Source: Nemertoderma westbladi
Lineage: Eukaryota > Animalia > Xenacoelomorpha
DNA: 64,000 nucleotides
Reading direction: 5' to 3'
Assembly: GCA_032718475.1 (NCBI GenBank)
Contig: JAUCBJ010001715.1
Coordinates: 1 to 64,000, forward strand
In this document: positions 1-13,222 of the stretch, piece after piece
Numbering within the stretch: position 1 is the stretch's first letter
Layout of the letters: every line of letters starts with the position of its first letter
The notes under the pieces: generated by a model
Databases searched by the model: none
What the model was told of the DNA's origin: nothing
The model's input: only the letters and a program-made list of their open reading frames with translations
Translations under genes and position numbers: made by a program

Positions 1-750
1 TTTCATAAATTGTCGTTTTATGCAATTTATAACATCCCCAAAATTCCATTAATTAATAGATCATGGGAGCGGAGATTCATCCTATTGAGTGTATTAGAGT
101 GCGAGAATCTCCAACATATAGTCAATAGCCGATAAAATTAATAAAATCATGTATAAAGAGGATATTGACAATTAAAGAATTATTATTAAATAGCATCCCA
201 GATCTGTATGCATGAGAATTACCCTAATTCTACCGCTAGCATTCCATAATGTCACCATAGCAACACCCACGCTAGAATTAGAAGCAAGTTAAGAGAACAA
301 TAGAAAGCTTGACACATTGCATAGCATAGAGAATACATAACACACTGTTAGTATCCAAGGATACACAGTAATAACGTGACATTCTGGAATGCACTGACTA
401 ACGGACAAATGGCCTGTATGTGTACAATTGGTGACAGTTGTGTGGAATTTGTGCGTTTGTAGGTGAATGTTACTGCTAAGGTGTGTTTACAGTAGCTAGT
501 CGCAATTGTGAAAGTAGCCCAACTCTCCTATAGAAAGAACCTAAAGTGGATTCAAGCCTTTGGGACGGACAGTGGAGTGACTTGTGCCGGTTATCGTTGT
601 CGTGCGGTTGCTACATGTTGGCGTAAACACCTCGACGACGGTACATCGGCGCTGAGAATCCCACTGTCCGGGGGCAAAGAAAGGTAGGCAGCGACGCCCG
701 CTCGCCTAAACATAAACTCATTATAATATTAATAAACTCAGATAACAGAT

Positions 751-2199
751 ATGACGGAGTTGATAGAAGATGATCTTGGTATCAGGGAGTGATATACTCT
801 ACCTTTGCAAGCATTTGTGGATAGCTTGATATGCGGTGAAGCCGATCCAACCATTACGGAGGACGATGGTCGTTATATCGAACCGCCGATGTCCCAAGAG
901 CAACTTACGCGTGAATTGGACTAGCGAAAATTCACCTCTCGCTATACGCATCGTAATAGTGCGTATATGGACTTCCTAACTACCGGCCATCCTATCGATT
1001 TACATGATACGAACGATGTAGACACCGAAAGGGAAATGGTTCTATTTAAATATCATACCCAGCGGAGTCGTAACGGTAAACCGAGAATAGATCACGAAAA
1101 TTCTATTCGTAACAGGCTGGGAAGACGAACCAATATGCCTAGAATCTGAGGAGATTCAGCCTATCGCGCCCGGAACAGCGACAACGATTATATCCTAGAA
1201 CGGTATCAAGGTCCACAGTGTCTCACTGCGTACAATTATCGCCATGCCAACTATGTTTCTCGGCAACGTTGTCGGTTATGCGCATCGAAAGACCACGATA
1301 CGCCCATGAACACCAATGTCCGCTGTTCCTATTTCCAAGAACAACCGACTATGGAAATTTATTGCGCATATTGCAGACTCAATAACTTGCATATCTTTGC
1401 GGTTTGCCCTCAATTTATGACTCAATGTCACCATTGTCAACTAAAGGGACATGCCAGTTTCGATTGCCCTTTTAATCACGATTTGGAAAGCGTAGATGAA
1501 ATGATCACACTACGTTACATCAGAGCTGGGGAAGCGAACGCTGATTTACATTGTGATTCGCGCCATCGCTATTATCCCGGACGCGCTTACGAAGGAGTTT
1601 ATGCGTTCCATCCTTACCTATTCGCTTCGGTTGAAGAGAAATCACGCATATCAAGTTACGAGCTGCTGAAGCGCGTCGGAGAATGTATTTCAACCAAATT
1701 CGTACGCAAATTTCTCAGGAGTGTTAATCCTAGCGACCTTCATTCCTATAACTTAATCAATTATATCCGTCAGGATCCGGACTATGGAGACTTATTTGTT
1801 AACTCACACCCCGAGTTGCAGGAAGTACATCGAAGGCCTTACGAATACCGAGCCCGCGAACGCGAGTTGGAAAGGACCATTAAACCCCGGAAGTTTCTAA
1901 CTGCCTATGGTCCACCCACGGCCCTCGTTCAGACCACTCGTAAAGGACCCGTAAGAGCGGCTGTCTTGAAACGAGCTCTCACAGCCGTTAGACCCCTCTC
2001 ACCTGACGTTGATGTCAATCAACCCGGTACTTCGACTGACGGATACACCGACCATAATCCTACACCCTCTGATGCAATCATATTGCACCCTTCACCCAGG
2101 AGTTATAGCCCTCCTTGTAAAGTGGCTCGCCCCAAAGAGAAAAGGACTCTTGCTAGCTTTAAAAAACTGCGTAAACGCCGTCCGCGCAAGAAAGACTAA
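751..2199 (+). pseudogene. Unrecognised ORF 'X' copy 1 (~480 codons, three in-frame stops) with CCHC-type zinc knuckles and a basic C-terminal tail
   Basis: ATG 751, ORF 967 and ORF 1306 share one frame, broken by TGA 790, TAG 922 and TGA 1147. Motifs CRLCASKDH..C, CAYCRLNNLHIFAVC and CHHCQLKGHASFDC; tail KKLRKRRPRKKD. Clear peptide similarity to 14623-16386. Confidence 0.7.
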
Positions 2200-2277
2200 C
2201 TGTTTAGAGTATTTACGTATATTAGAAACTGTGATTTTGTATATTTTATAGACTCAAATCCCATTTTCTGGGAGCGG

Positions 2278-4558
2278 TGTAAAAGCTTCTGTGGGATATA
2301 ACTGGCCCTTTTGCTTCGCAATCCAGTTTCCCCCCAGGCGCTGGAATACTCTAAAAGGGTTCTCTAACTGTATATATATTCCCCTCGCCCTCAAGGTACC
2401 GTTACAGGTGTTTTAACGGACATAAAAGTCATTCTGCTATATACGTGTTTTAGCGGACATGGTAAGACAAAAACCTGCAATGCGGCAAATACCTTTCATA
2501 GCTTAGCCGTGATGATTCATATTACGACATCTAACAGCTGGTTGCTGACATGGAAACAGCCATTGGATGCATGGTTCTTTGTTTGGCTTGAGCCAATCAG
2601 AGCGATTTTTCCTGTCGACGTGTAGCTTTTCGGTCGATCATAAGGAGAGTGTACAGTCTTACTGTTTTCACTTGATACTTTGTTGTTATTGCTGTCTAAG
2701 CCAGAAACACCGGCTCTAGAGTTAATTGTTTTCATACTTTAAAAGAAACATTAGTAGGCTTAAATTATAGAGCGTATGACTGTTATCAGTTCAACTCAGT
2801 GCATAACAGTGCATATCACTGTACATATCGGTTCATATCATATCTTAACCTACCGTCTTAATGCTGTTTACTGTTGTGTTTTGATTGAATATTATTTGGA
2901 GAACATTTATAAAGAACCCAAATTTCCCAATTTTCTTGATACACTACAGGTTAGAGAGGCGGGTTATATATAGCGATTGCGACTTATATTATTGTGGTTT
3001 GTATTGAATTTAATGCTATTTGATAAGCCCTACATGAGTCAATTGTTGTTCGCTTTATATATGATAAAATACATTGACGGTCGGCAAATTAGTGAGCAGT
3101 ATTGTGTGTTACCGGTAGTGTGCATGATTGTGACGGATAACTAAGCATTTCCTAAAGAATGCGCCTCATACGTGAATCATAAGCCTTACCGACTTACCGT
3201 TGTGATTAGTATAAGTCATAGCTCTGTTTACTTAGATAGAGCGCCACGTCCTAAAAGAACGGTTAATATTTCCCGAAAGTGAATAATATTAGTCAGAAAT
3301 TATTTATTAACGATCAATCGAATAATACAGTAAGCTTCACTGCAATAATAATCTAAGCCCTCAGAATGCAGTCTCCCGGGAATATCCAGCGGGTGAATGG
3401 ACGCGCACTAGGCTGGCTTCTGCTAATGTTGTGTTTATTGGTATTAAATATTGTCATCTTCTAGAGTCGATTTATAAACCAAAAGACATATAAATTTTGG
3501 CAGGTTAAACTGCTAAAGGTCTTCAAAAGCGCGTACACACCCGCTGGATATACCCGGGAGACTGGATTCGGAAGCTTGACCTTATTGCGGTGTAGGCCTA
3601 CTGTATTATTCAACTGATCGTTAATATATAATTTCTGACAAATATTATTCACTTTCGGGAAATATTAACAGTTCCTTTAGGATGTGGCGCTCTAAATATG
3701 TAAACAGAGTTATGACTTACACTAGACACAACGGGATGGCTATGGATTCACGTATAAAGCGCATTCTTTAGGAGATGCTTTGTTATCAGTCACAATCATG
3801 CACACTACCGCACAATGCTGCACCGATCTGCCGACCTTCACTAATTTTAGTCACATATAAAGAGAACAACAACCGACACATGTAGTGCCTATGAAATAGC
3901 ATTAGATTCACTCCAAAACCACTTTAATGTAAGTCGCAATTGTTATATGTAACCGGTCTCTCTAACCTTCAGTATATCAAGAAGATTGGGGTTTTCTGAT
4001 TATTTGTCGATATTATCCAAATATAACAAGATTCCATCAACTGATATAATTAATAACCGAATAAACCATAAATAGCAGTGAAATAATGCGGTGAAAGCAT
4101 AATGCATATGTACTGAGTTGGTTTGATAACAGTTATACGTTTCTATGACCAAAGCCTACTAATGTTTGGCTAAAGCCTGAAACACAGTAACTCCAAAGCC
4201 GGTCTTCTGGCTGTGGACAAAATACACATACTGACTCAATTCATGAGTTTCTGTATACAATCTCCAACACAGAGTCAAAAAACGCTCTGATTGGTCGACC
4301 GAACAAAGAGAGAACAAAGAACAAAGAAATGTTACACGTGGACATATCAGCTGTTAGATGTCGTCATGGTAACTACACTGTATCAAGAGGATTTTGGCTT
4401 ATTGCGACATAAGATCGCTAGTTATGTCCATTAAAGTACACAGCTAGTTATGTCCGCTAAGGCACACATACAGAAGAAATGGCTCTTTATATCCACTAAA
4501 ACACCTACAGAGTACTTTGCGGGGAAAATAACTAGCTAGATCCGCAAAAGCCTTTACA
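2278..4558. repeat. ~2.3-kb imperfect inverted repeat (foldback), apex near 3460, TGT...ACA ends
   Basis: Colinear reverse-complement blocks: 2278-2325 vs 4515-4558, 2403-2460 vs 4449-4510, ACGACATCTAACAGCTG 2525 vs 4347, AACATTAGTAGGCTT 2747 vs 4152, and 3369-3406 vs 3529-3565. Confidence 0.92.
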
Positions 4559-5044
4559 GTGCTGCTAACTCTCCTTGGGTATTGAGACGCAATACACCCC
4601 CACCACCAATAGTATACAACAGTGGTTAGACATTCCTTACATTCATTGGCTTGTGTAACCTAGTCACTAATCCAATTCGTGGAATCCAGATCTCACCACC
4701 TCTCATTGAACGATAATTCATACCTGACATTCTTGAATATCATCACTAAATAGAACGTAACGGACAGCTTTTACTGGAATCACTGTAGACAGCGACTACT
4801 AGCGGAGAAACTAGAATTGTATAAAAGCTTCTGCGATACTTGTTACTCCTGTTTCGTTTATAGGGGGTTTTAGTTTGTCAAAAATAAAGCCACCCAGCGG
4901 GAGAAAAAAACATTGTATGTATGGGGACAGCAGTCAACTTATTTATTCTCTAGGTTGTGCAAATAGAAAATCCCACTAACGATTAATTCTTTGCTTTACG
5001 GAAATAATACCTTGTTTGTGTAGAGATTATATTGACCTAACATC

Positions 5045-8000
5045 ATGTCAAGATCAGACACAGAGACCGAGCCATTTGCTCAACGTCCACCACCTATACC
5101 TGCCTCTATTACTGAAATTACCCCGAGTATGGATCTAGCTTGTTCCGGTACAGTAGCACTGCAAGACTTGCACACAGACTCGGAGGATTCCGACTAAAAT
5201 GAAGGTATGGACGCCATATCACGGCACCTACAGCATTACATAGCTATAGTAGGAGAGGCTGAACTACGTAGGAGGTTAAAGGGTCTAGCCCCCTCTAGCC
5301 CTGAATCAATGGCAGTTCTAGACGGAATAGAAGCGGAGCCTGACATGCAAGCACAGACAGAAGGGCATGCAGCTGAAAAGGAAATATTAGAAATGGAGCT
5401 GCAATTAAACGCGAGTCAGCGACGTTAATGAGTTACAGTTAGAAGCTGAACAGTGACGTAATGAGTTACAGTTAAAGGTTGAGCAGCAAAATAGCGAGTG
5501 CTTAGAAGCTGATATAGCTCTACAAAATCAAATAGCGCTGAAAAGATTAAGTGAAAATCAGCGCAAGGAAAGGTTATGTTCAAACCGAGGACGAGATAGA
5601 CCGAATAGAGGGACTTATGCTTCATCGGATGAAGGAAACTCCACCGATGCTAGTGAAGGTGGTAGCTACTCTCGGGGCAGACGAAAGAGAGCTGTTAGAG
5701 TGGTGCTACCGGACCTGCCTCCATATAATAGAGACAGGATGCCCTCAGACCCGACAGATTTAGATCATCCGAGACTGCTGGATTCGCGGCCCCCCTGGGG
5801 AGGTTACAGGTGAAATATGAGCCAAATGATCCTGAGTTTAAGATCTATATAGATCTACGGGAATAGAAGCCATCCCAGGTGGTAGCACCCCCATCGTGTA
5901 GTGTATCAGCCGAGCCGATTGACCCAGTAGTAGTTCCCCACTCAATCACAGCAGCAACCCCTTACCGCGATAGAGATATTATACCACCGATAGGCCCCAT
6001 CACGAACCATATTCCTCGTATAGATTGCCCAGAACCCCCCAAGCCTAACTACCTGACTACCTGTCATTCAACACCGATATATCACCAATCACCAAAGCGG
6101 AGATAAATCCTCGCTCAACGATTCATTACAGCCAGCAAAACCAACCGGATGGCAGGCACCTGGCTCCCGGATCGACCCACTTGGCCGCGAATGCGACCAA
6201 GTGGGGTGGTAGTGGGGACCCGGCATCCAGGGCCAGGAATGCCGTTTTCATCCAGCGGAAGGGCGTCAGTCCCAAATAATGGGCAGGGTAGGACTTACCC
6301 CAAAAGTGGTGTCAGGTTTGCGCCAGACACTCCAATTGAGGTGTTTCCCCAAGGTGACTCTATTACACTTCCAGAGGCCTATGCACCCCCGTTAGACCCC
6401 AATCTACATAACACTCACAGTCGTGTGCCAGAAGTCAGACAACCCAGACCCCTAGACAACGACGACTCACGAGAAATCATTGATTCTTTGTTACAAAGAA
6501 GTGATTCTTTGTTACAAAGAAATGATTCCTTGTCTCATGAAAACGAGTCTCTAGCATTAAGGACTGATAACTTAGAACAACAAATAGCCTCAATGCAAGA
6601 CCATATCACAATAACAAATAGGAAAGCGGACCCACAAGCAGCGTCACAAGGTGTGAAAATCCTGAAACGTGCCTCATATGTGAGTGGCATTCATACTGAA
6701 AACATGGCATATCAGAACGATCAAAGCTCACATCTAACCGACATTCTATTGAATTATATAGCAGCTCAAGCCGACCTTACCCATCATATGGCTAGAAGTG
6801 AGGCCTGACAGTGCGTCTCTGCAGGTCAAATCGTAAAGTTTGACGGTGACGAGCTAAAATGGTTACCCTTTGTGGAGTTCTGTAAGGATAGCATTCTAGA
6901 CTCACCGTTGAGCGACCGTGAGAATTTCCGATAGTTAATCAGTTGTCTGGAGGGACCCCCAAAACAGATGGCTGCAAGATATGTGGGCCATGTAGACGGC
7001 ATTAATACTGTTTGGGATACTTTAAAAGAGCAATATGGAAACGAAGAAAGTTTGGCACGTAATATGTATGACAGACTGATCTCTAAAAACAGATCCACTC
7101 AAAACAGGATCGTAGAGTTTAGAGATGAGGTGGAGGAAATTTGTCGCCAACTTGATTGGCTTGGACAGAAGCAGGTCTATGATACTATTATGACAGTCCA
7201 GTTTGTCTCCAGTGCGTTGCCAAAGGGCTCCACGGGGACCAGATGGGATAGATATACTTATAATTATAAGCTCTAGCATGGATGCCTCCCCGACATGGAC
7301 TCGTTCAGGAGTTTCCTAAAGGCCGAAGCCTCTATTTATCTTATCACAATGAACCGGGAAAAAAGCAACCGTTCCGACACTAAAACATCAGATAAAATAA
7401 CGACTAAGAAACGGTATGCTTCAATTTCAATTTCAATTTCAATTTATTTTTCCTTTCAACAATTTCCTATACAATCAATTCTATACAATCAATACAAACA
7501 TTGGATGAAGGTGATGGTGATGACGAAGTAGCAGCCAATAGCGAAGCTAGTATAGCCTGCTACTCCGACTGGAAATTGATGGGTTGGAGGTGGGGTGGGG
7601 GGGGGGGGGGTGGGTGGGCGTGTCTGCTCCTCTAGAATTTGTCTGGTTTTTGAGCTTTATTGTATAAGATATAATTGATGGTCAGCCGAATAGTGTAGCA
7701 GTAGCATTCTGGGATAGAAGACTTTGAGAGGCAATAAATGGCAGCGACTATAATATAAGATACGTGGTGAGATATAAAAAGTGGGCATGGGCCTAACTAC
7801 AGGGACATTAACAGGTGGTATTTATACGCTGACGAAAATGCTTTTTTGATTTTGAGTGTTTTAATTGAGATGGTAGTGCGTTCCAAATTGAAGGGCCTTG
7901 ATAATTCATGGAAGCTTTGGAGGAAGTTAGGCGGACCTTCGGAATAGAGAAACCATCCGTAGTAGCAAGGCGAGTTGGATATCTGTGTACAGAGGAAATT

Positions 8001-11000
8001 TTGGTGAATAATGAGCCTAGAGTAGAATCAGGTTTAAATAAGTTAGCGTTTACATCGTACATGAGGGATCCTACTTGGTGCTTATAGAGGAGGTCAATAG
8101 GTAGGATGCCGAGAGACTTATAGATAGGTTTAGAAGAAGCTCGGTAGTGCGAGAAAGTAATACAGCGGAGGAGTTTGTTTATTTTTATACGTAGGGGTTG
8201 TAGGGTATAAGAATGGGTTTTGCCCCAGAGTAGAATGCCATACAATAAATAGGCGTGTACAAGTGAAAAATATAGTTGGCGAAGTATACGAAGGGGAAAT
8301 ATGTGACGCAGTTTGTAGAATATTCCGGAGGTTCTAGAGATTTTAGACGTAATATGTTTAATGTGAGATTTCCAGTTGTCATCTACTAGAACCCCTAGAA
8401 ATTTAAAATGTGGTTTCCGAGTAATGGGGGAATGGTTAATTAGTATTGGGTCGGAGTGAGTATTAGGGTAATTAGAGTATATAGCATATTCAGTCTAAGA
8501 TAGATTGAGAGATAGACGGTTGTCTGATAGCCAATCCGCAATCTTAGATAATTCAGAGTTAGTTATGGAGATTAAAGAGTCCAGATTAGGTTTAGCTATA
8601 TGAATAGTTGTGTCGTCAGCAAATAATGTTGAGATTAGTGAGGTAGCATTGGGAATGTCGTTAATATACAATAGGAATAGGATTGGCGAGATAGTGGCGC
8701 CTTGTGGGACACCACATGTAATAGGTAAACTAGAAGAATGGTGGTTATGATAGAAACAAATTGGGTTCTAGAATCTAGGAAGCTTGAGAGTAGTTGCTGT
8801 GGTATTCCCCGGATACCATAGGAGTTTAGCTTAGAGGTTAGGATAGAGTGATCAATAGTGTCGAAAGCCTTTTTTAGATCTATATAGATAGCACTGGTGA
8901 ATAGTTTTTGGTTTAAGTATTTGTGAATATTCTCTACAACGGATAGCAGAGCATGGGATGTTGTAGATTTAGGGCAAAAGCCGAATTGAGAATTAGACAA
9001 TATGGAATATTTTTTTTAGGTACGAGAGTAGTTGGTTATTAATTATGGATTCGTACAGTTTGCTTATTACGGGTAGAAGAGAAATAGGTCGGTAGTTATT
9101 AGTGTCCGATGGGTCGGCACTCTTGAATACGGGAATGACTTTGGCCGATTTAAGAGCCTTAGGGAAGAAGCCTTGAGTTATCGATAGGTTAATTAGGTGA
9201 TTAGGTGAGTAGTGGGGAGCGGTTGTATTTAGGAATATCGTTGGCTAGTTTAGGTCCTATGGTAGTAAAGTGCAGGTTGAAAGCTTCAGCAATTTGCTTT
9301 GGGTCGGTGATGGTTTTGGCAGAATTATCAGTACGGATAGTTAGTTTTTTTGGAGTATTTAAATGTTTTGTTTTATTTAATGCAGAGTTTATAATTATCC
9401 ATGTTTTGCGTATGTTACCTGAGTTAGTTTCGAATTCACTAGAGTAATAGGCCTTCTCGGCAGCCCGTATAGTAGAAGTTAATTTATTCCTATAGGTTTT
9501 GTAAGCAAGAGTATTAGCAGCGCTAGGATTCCTAATGTAAATTCTGTATAATTTGTTTTTATTAATGGAGCTTTTGATAAGATTATCAGTCATCCAGGGT
9601 TTAGATAATTTTTTACGGGGTGGAATAGATTTCTTAGGTAAATGTTTGTCGCAGATAGAATTAAAATCGGAGTAGAAAGAGTCTAGTTTGTCCTTGTCGG
9701 CTATAGTTGGAGTTAGATAAGACCAAGATTTACTACTGGCTATGTCTCTCAGAAATTGATCCTTGTTAAAACGCGAGTAATCGAATATGGAGCTGCTGGA
9801 TGAAAATAACAGGAGTATTTCTGGAGGATAACGAATGTAGCATAGTGATCAGAAGTGCCTATTTGTGAGTTAAAAGTACCGGCTGTAGTAGTATAATTAG
9901 TAATGTTTGTAAGTATATGATCTATAAGAGTTTCAGAGTGTATTGTCTGATCGGGTAGTTCATTATGAAAAACACGTGTAGGTTGGTTGATGAGTTGTAT
10001 AAAACCGTAGGAATTAATGAGGTCAGTATAGGATTTGGAAGTAGTGGTTGATTTTAGAAGGTTAATATTAATATCTCCTGTGATAATTACATCATAGTTG
10101 TTTTTAGTAAGTTCAGTTAGAGCTAGATCGAGTAATTCAAGAAAATCAGTAGGGAGTACAGAATGTCTACGGTAAATAGTGCCTATAATTAAGGACTTGG
10201 CATTTTGTGGTCTTTTGATTTGCACCCATGAATTTTCAAGGCCATTCATTTTTAAATCAGGACGTGGGGACACATCCAGGGATTCCTTGATATAGATAGC
10301 AGTACCACCACGATTTAATTTGTCGCCTGTTTTCCGAATGTCAAGATAAGGGGTGTGAACAACAAATTAAAGGCTAACAGTGCCAATAGTACAGTAATAG
10401 CCCACGACCAATAGGTGAAATGAAGCTGCTACAGAACAAGTGGGTAGTACATGACATCGCTCAACACTGCATTCAGTGTCGAGTTAGGCTACAATTATCC
10501 AGAAGAGTTTGGGGTTGGTGGGCTACGACGATCAATGGTTTTCCTAGTTGGTAGGGTAGTCAACAACTCAAGGTCGGATTGGTTCGCAATGCGCATGCGC
10601 AGTGGTAAATCATTTTCTTTAATGCGAATCATAACAACTCCATTGAATGAATATACCGCTCGTATTTCGTGTTTACGTTGTAGCTCACGCGCTTTATTGT
10701 ACAGCTCAGCACGGGATGGAATTAGATGTTCCGTTACGTATAACGGATTTGGCAACGATTTTTTACTCCGGATAGCTTTTAGTCGAGAAGCGTGGCCTAG
10801 AAAGCTTATTATAATAGGGCGACATTTAACTTTACCGTCTCCAGCAGCCCTTTCCTTGATTTTCTTGCGTAGCCTGTGGAACACATCGATCATAGAAGGA
10901 GGAATTCCGAGTTTATTTGTAATATCAAAGACAACGGAATGTTCTTCACCTGGGTTGGTGTTTTCTGGTACAGCATGAATTAAGATATCGTGACGGCGAG

Positions 11001-12770
11001 AGTACTGGGCCAACTCTTCGTTTTCTGCTTTTAGCTGCTTGTTTTCTTTGACTAGATGATCAATGTTTTTTATCATGCCGGGGATAATCTTTAGAGTATC
11101 TTTTATTGCCGCGACGTCATCTTTGATACCACTGAGGGATTTCAATTCGTTTTTAAGGATTTCGAGAGAATCCAGAATATCGTCACCTACGTCTTGCCAT
11201 CGAGTCATTTTGTGAACAGTTGGTGCGGAGGGTCGGTGCTGGCCAACGAGTTTAGCGTCTTACCGGTATCGCGGTAGTTACAGAGTTAGGCCTAATTATT
11301 TTGGAGATCAGCCAGTCTGTCAGTCAGTTGCCTACATCAAGTAAAGTACCGGTACCTGTACATCACCACTCCATACTCAAGAAACCTCATAGGAGCATTG
11401 AGCTCAATATATATATGCTTATGTCACTAGCTACGTTTCAGAGATGGAAGGACACGACAGTGTATACCTTAGTGATACAAGCTCAAAGGGACAGAGAAAA
11501 CGTAGACGTAAAAACACAAAGATGCATACTGTAAGCACCCCCATAATTCTAAGGTGTCCCCTTTGTAAAACCACCATACACTCCATTGTAAAAAGTCCTG
11601 TTTTCTTGAATAAAACAAAAAGGGAAAGATGACAGACAATAAGAGCTTTGTTGACGTGCTCCCTGTGCCTTAGACCAGGACACATAAGACGTAAATGTCA
11701 CTTAAAGGACATTAAAGCATGTCCCGTGTGTCAAGGCCCTCACCACGCTCTACTGCATCTGGACCAGACCGCTAAGGAAGAACCAGACCGACGTGTACAT
11801 TTCACCGACTACGAGACAGACTCATCTGACGAAGGACCCGATACATTCCTTACTGGTGAGTTTTCTGACGACAACGAGTGCTGTAACCGCGTAAGTGTAT
11901 ATGAGGTCTTCACGTACGAGGAATCTACACCAGCTCAAGTCCGACTCCATGCGGGAAGTAACAGCATTGTAGTCAACGCCGTCATAGACACCGGAAGAAT
12001 TCTAGAAAAACGACCTAGACATCCAAAACCAATGTCGGCCTACGCCTGTCGGACGAGAGTAGGATGGTTCTGTACCGGCCCTTAAAAAAGGACCCTGTTA
12101 GAACGGAAGGGACCTACAGACTGACGACAAACAGGCGCCAACATTTGCAGTCTAGTGACACACTTATGCAATGAAACAATAGTCACTGAGGAGGACGCGC
12201 TGACGACCCCCGACCAAACGGACAGTGACATGACTGACCGAAAGTTGCATGCCGCCACATTGGAATCATGTAACATATTAAATACAACACCCGACTTACG
12301 ACTACATCGGACGGCTGATGACCATAGGGATGAATTCCCACCTCCGGTCGTAAATAATATCCAACGGGATATTTATATAGACGGCGACCCGAAAAGAGCC
12401 CCGACAGTAAAGGAAGACATAGACATTGCCCAAGGGACAGTTAACTGCCTGAAATTTGCAGGATTTCACTTGACGAAATTCACTAGCAATTCTCGCGAGT
12501 TTCTAAAGGCCATACCCCCCACAGAGCGTGGCGATAGCGAGCTTGACTTAAATAAGGACAATCCGCCCGAGACTAAGACATTAAGTCTTTGTTGGCTTGT
12601 GGAAAGTGACATTGTGGTGTCTGGAGTGGGGTTGAGAGAGGGTAATACTCGAACCAATCGCGTTTGCCTAGGCATACTTAGCGCTTATTTCGACCCCCTA
12701 GGATTCAGCAGTCCAGTTATATTGCGGGCTCGAGACCTCGTTCCACGTATGTAGAAGGAGAATGATAGTA
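5045..12770 (+). mobile_element. Degenerate BEL/Pao LTR retrotransposon gag-pol, interrupted by a LINE and truncated after RT/Peptidase_A17
   Basis: DUF1759-like KFDGDELKWLPF..F and WDTLKEQYG. BEL gag triple knuckle CPLC..H, CSLCLRPGHIRRKC, CPVCQGPHHALLH. Protease VNAVIDTG; RT remnants YIDG and AGFHLTKFTSNS; Pao motif LSAYFDPLGFSSPV. Many stops and deletions. Confidence 0.88.
7422..11413 (-). mobile_element. Two-ORF CR1/L2-group LINE (Crack/Daphne-like), frameshifted
   Basis: ORF1 10495-11208 (coiled coil, RRHDILIHAVPE..TEHL). Endonuclease GDININL, TLIDHI, SDH; RT YRPISLLP, QFGF, DLKKAFDTIDH, FADD. 3' tail (ATTGAA)n at ~7421-7445. TSD TATGCTT at 7415-7421 and 11414-11420. Confidence 0.93.
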
Positions 12771-13058
12771 GAAATACGCGTCAGCGCGGATGGCCTGCAA
12801 AACGACTTGCCTGCTAGAAATCGCACAAGAAGAATCTGGCAGATATGGCAAGCAAGAAGTCAAGCTGTCAGTCTTGACTTACTTTATTCTTATGGTTAAC
12901 TCCTAAGTGACGTTTGAGTGCGCTGCATATCACACTCAAGCGTGGGAACGGGTTATGTGAAGTTATCCACTGACCCCCCTTTATTCAGAAATATGCCATA
13001 TATTCAGCTTGACAGGCTAACAAAATTTATCCCTATATCGCTTGTCCCCAAAAAACAA

Positions 13059-13222
13059 TAGGACTATGGGATGTTTCATGACAAATCGTTTTATACACAG
13101 TGCATGAAACTTGATCTTAGTCCTAGAACAACTATAAATAAAATGACATAAACCATAGGACTGTGGGATGTTTCATGATAAACTGTTCTATACACAGTGC
13201 ATGAAACTTGATCTCAGTTCTA
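13059..13222 (+). ncRNA. Two tandem 67-nt pre-miRNA-like hairpins (candidate)
   Basis: 13059-13125 and 13156-13222. Outer stems TAGGACTA/TAGTCCTA and TAGGACTG/CAGTTCTA; inner stem GTTTCATG/CATGAAAC; 3' arm identical in both copies. Confidence 0.45.

Noticed and set aside
13095-13117. Similarity of CAGTGCATGA to the miR-148/152 seed region
   Set aside because: The match is too short and the mature 5' end is unknown; no orthology is claimed.
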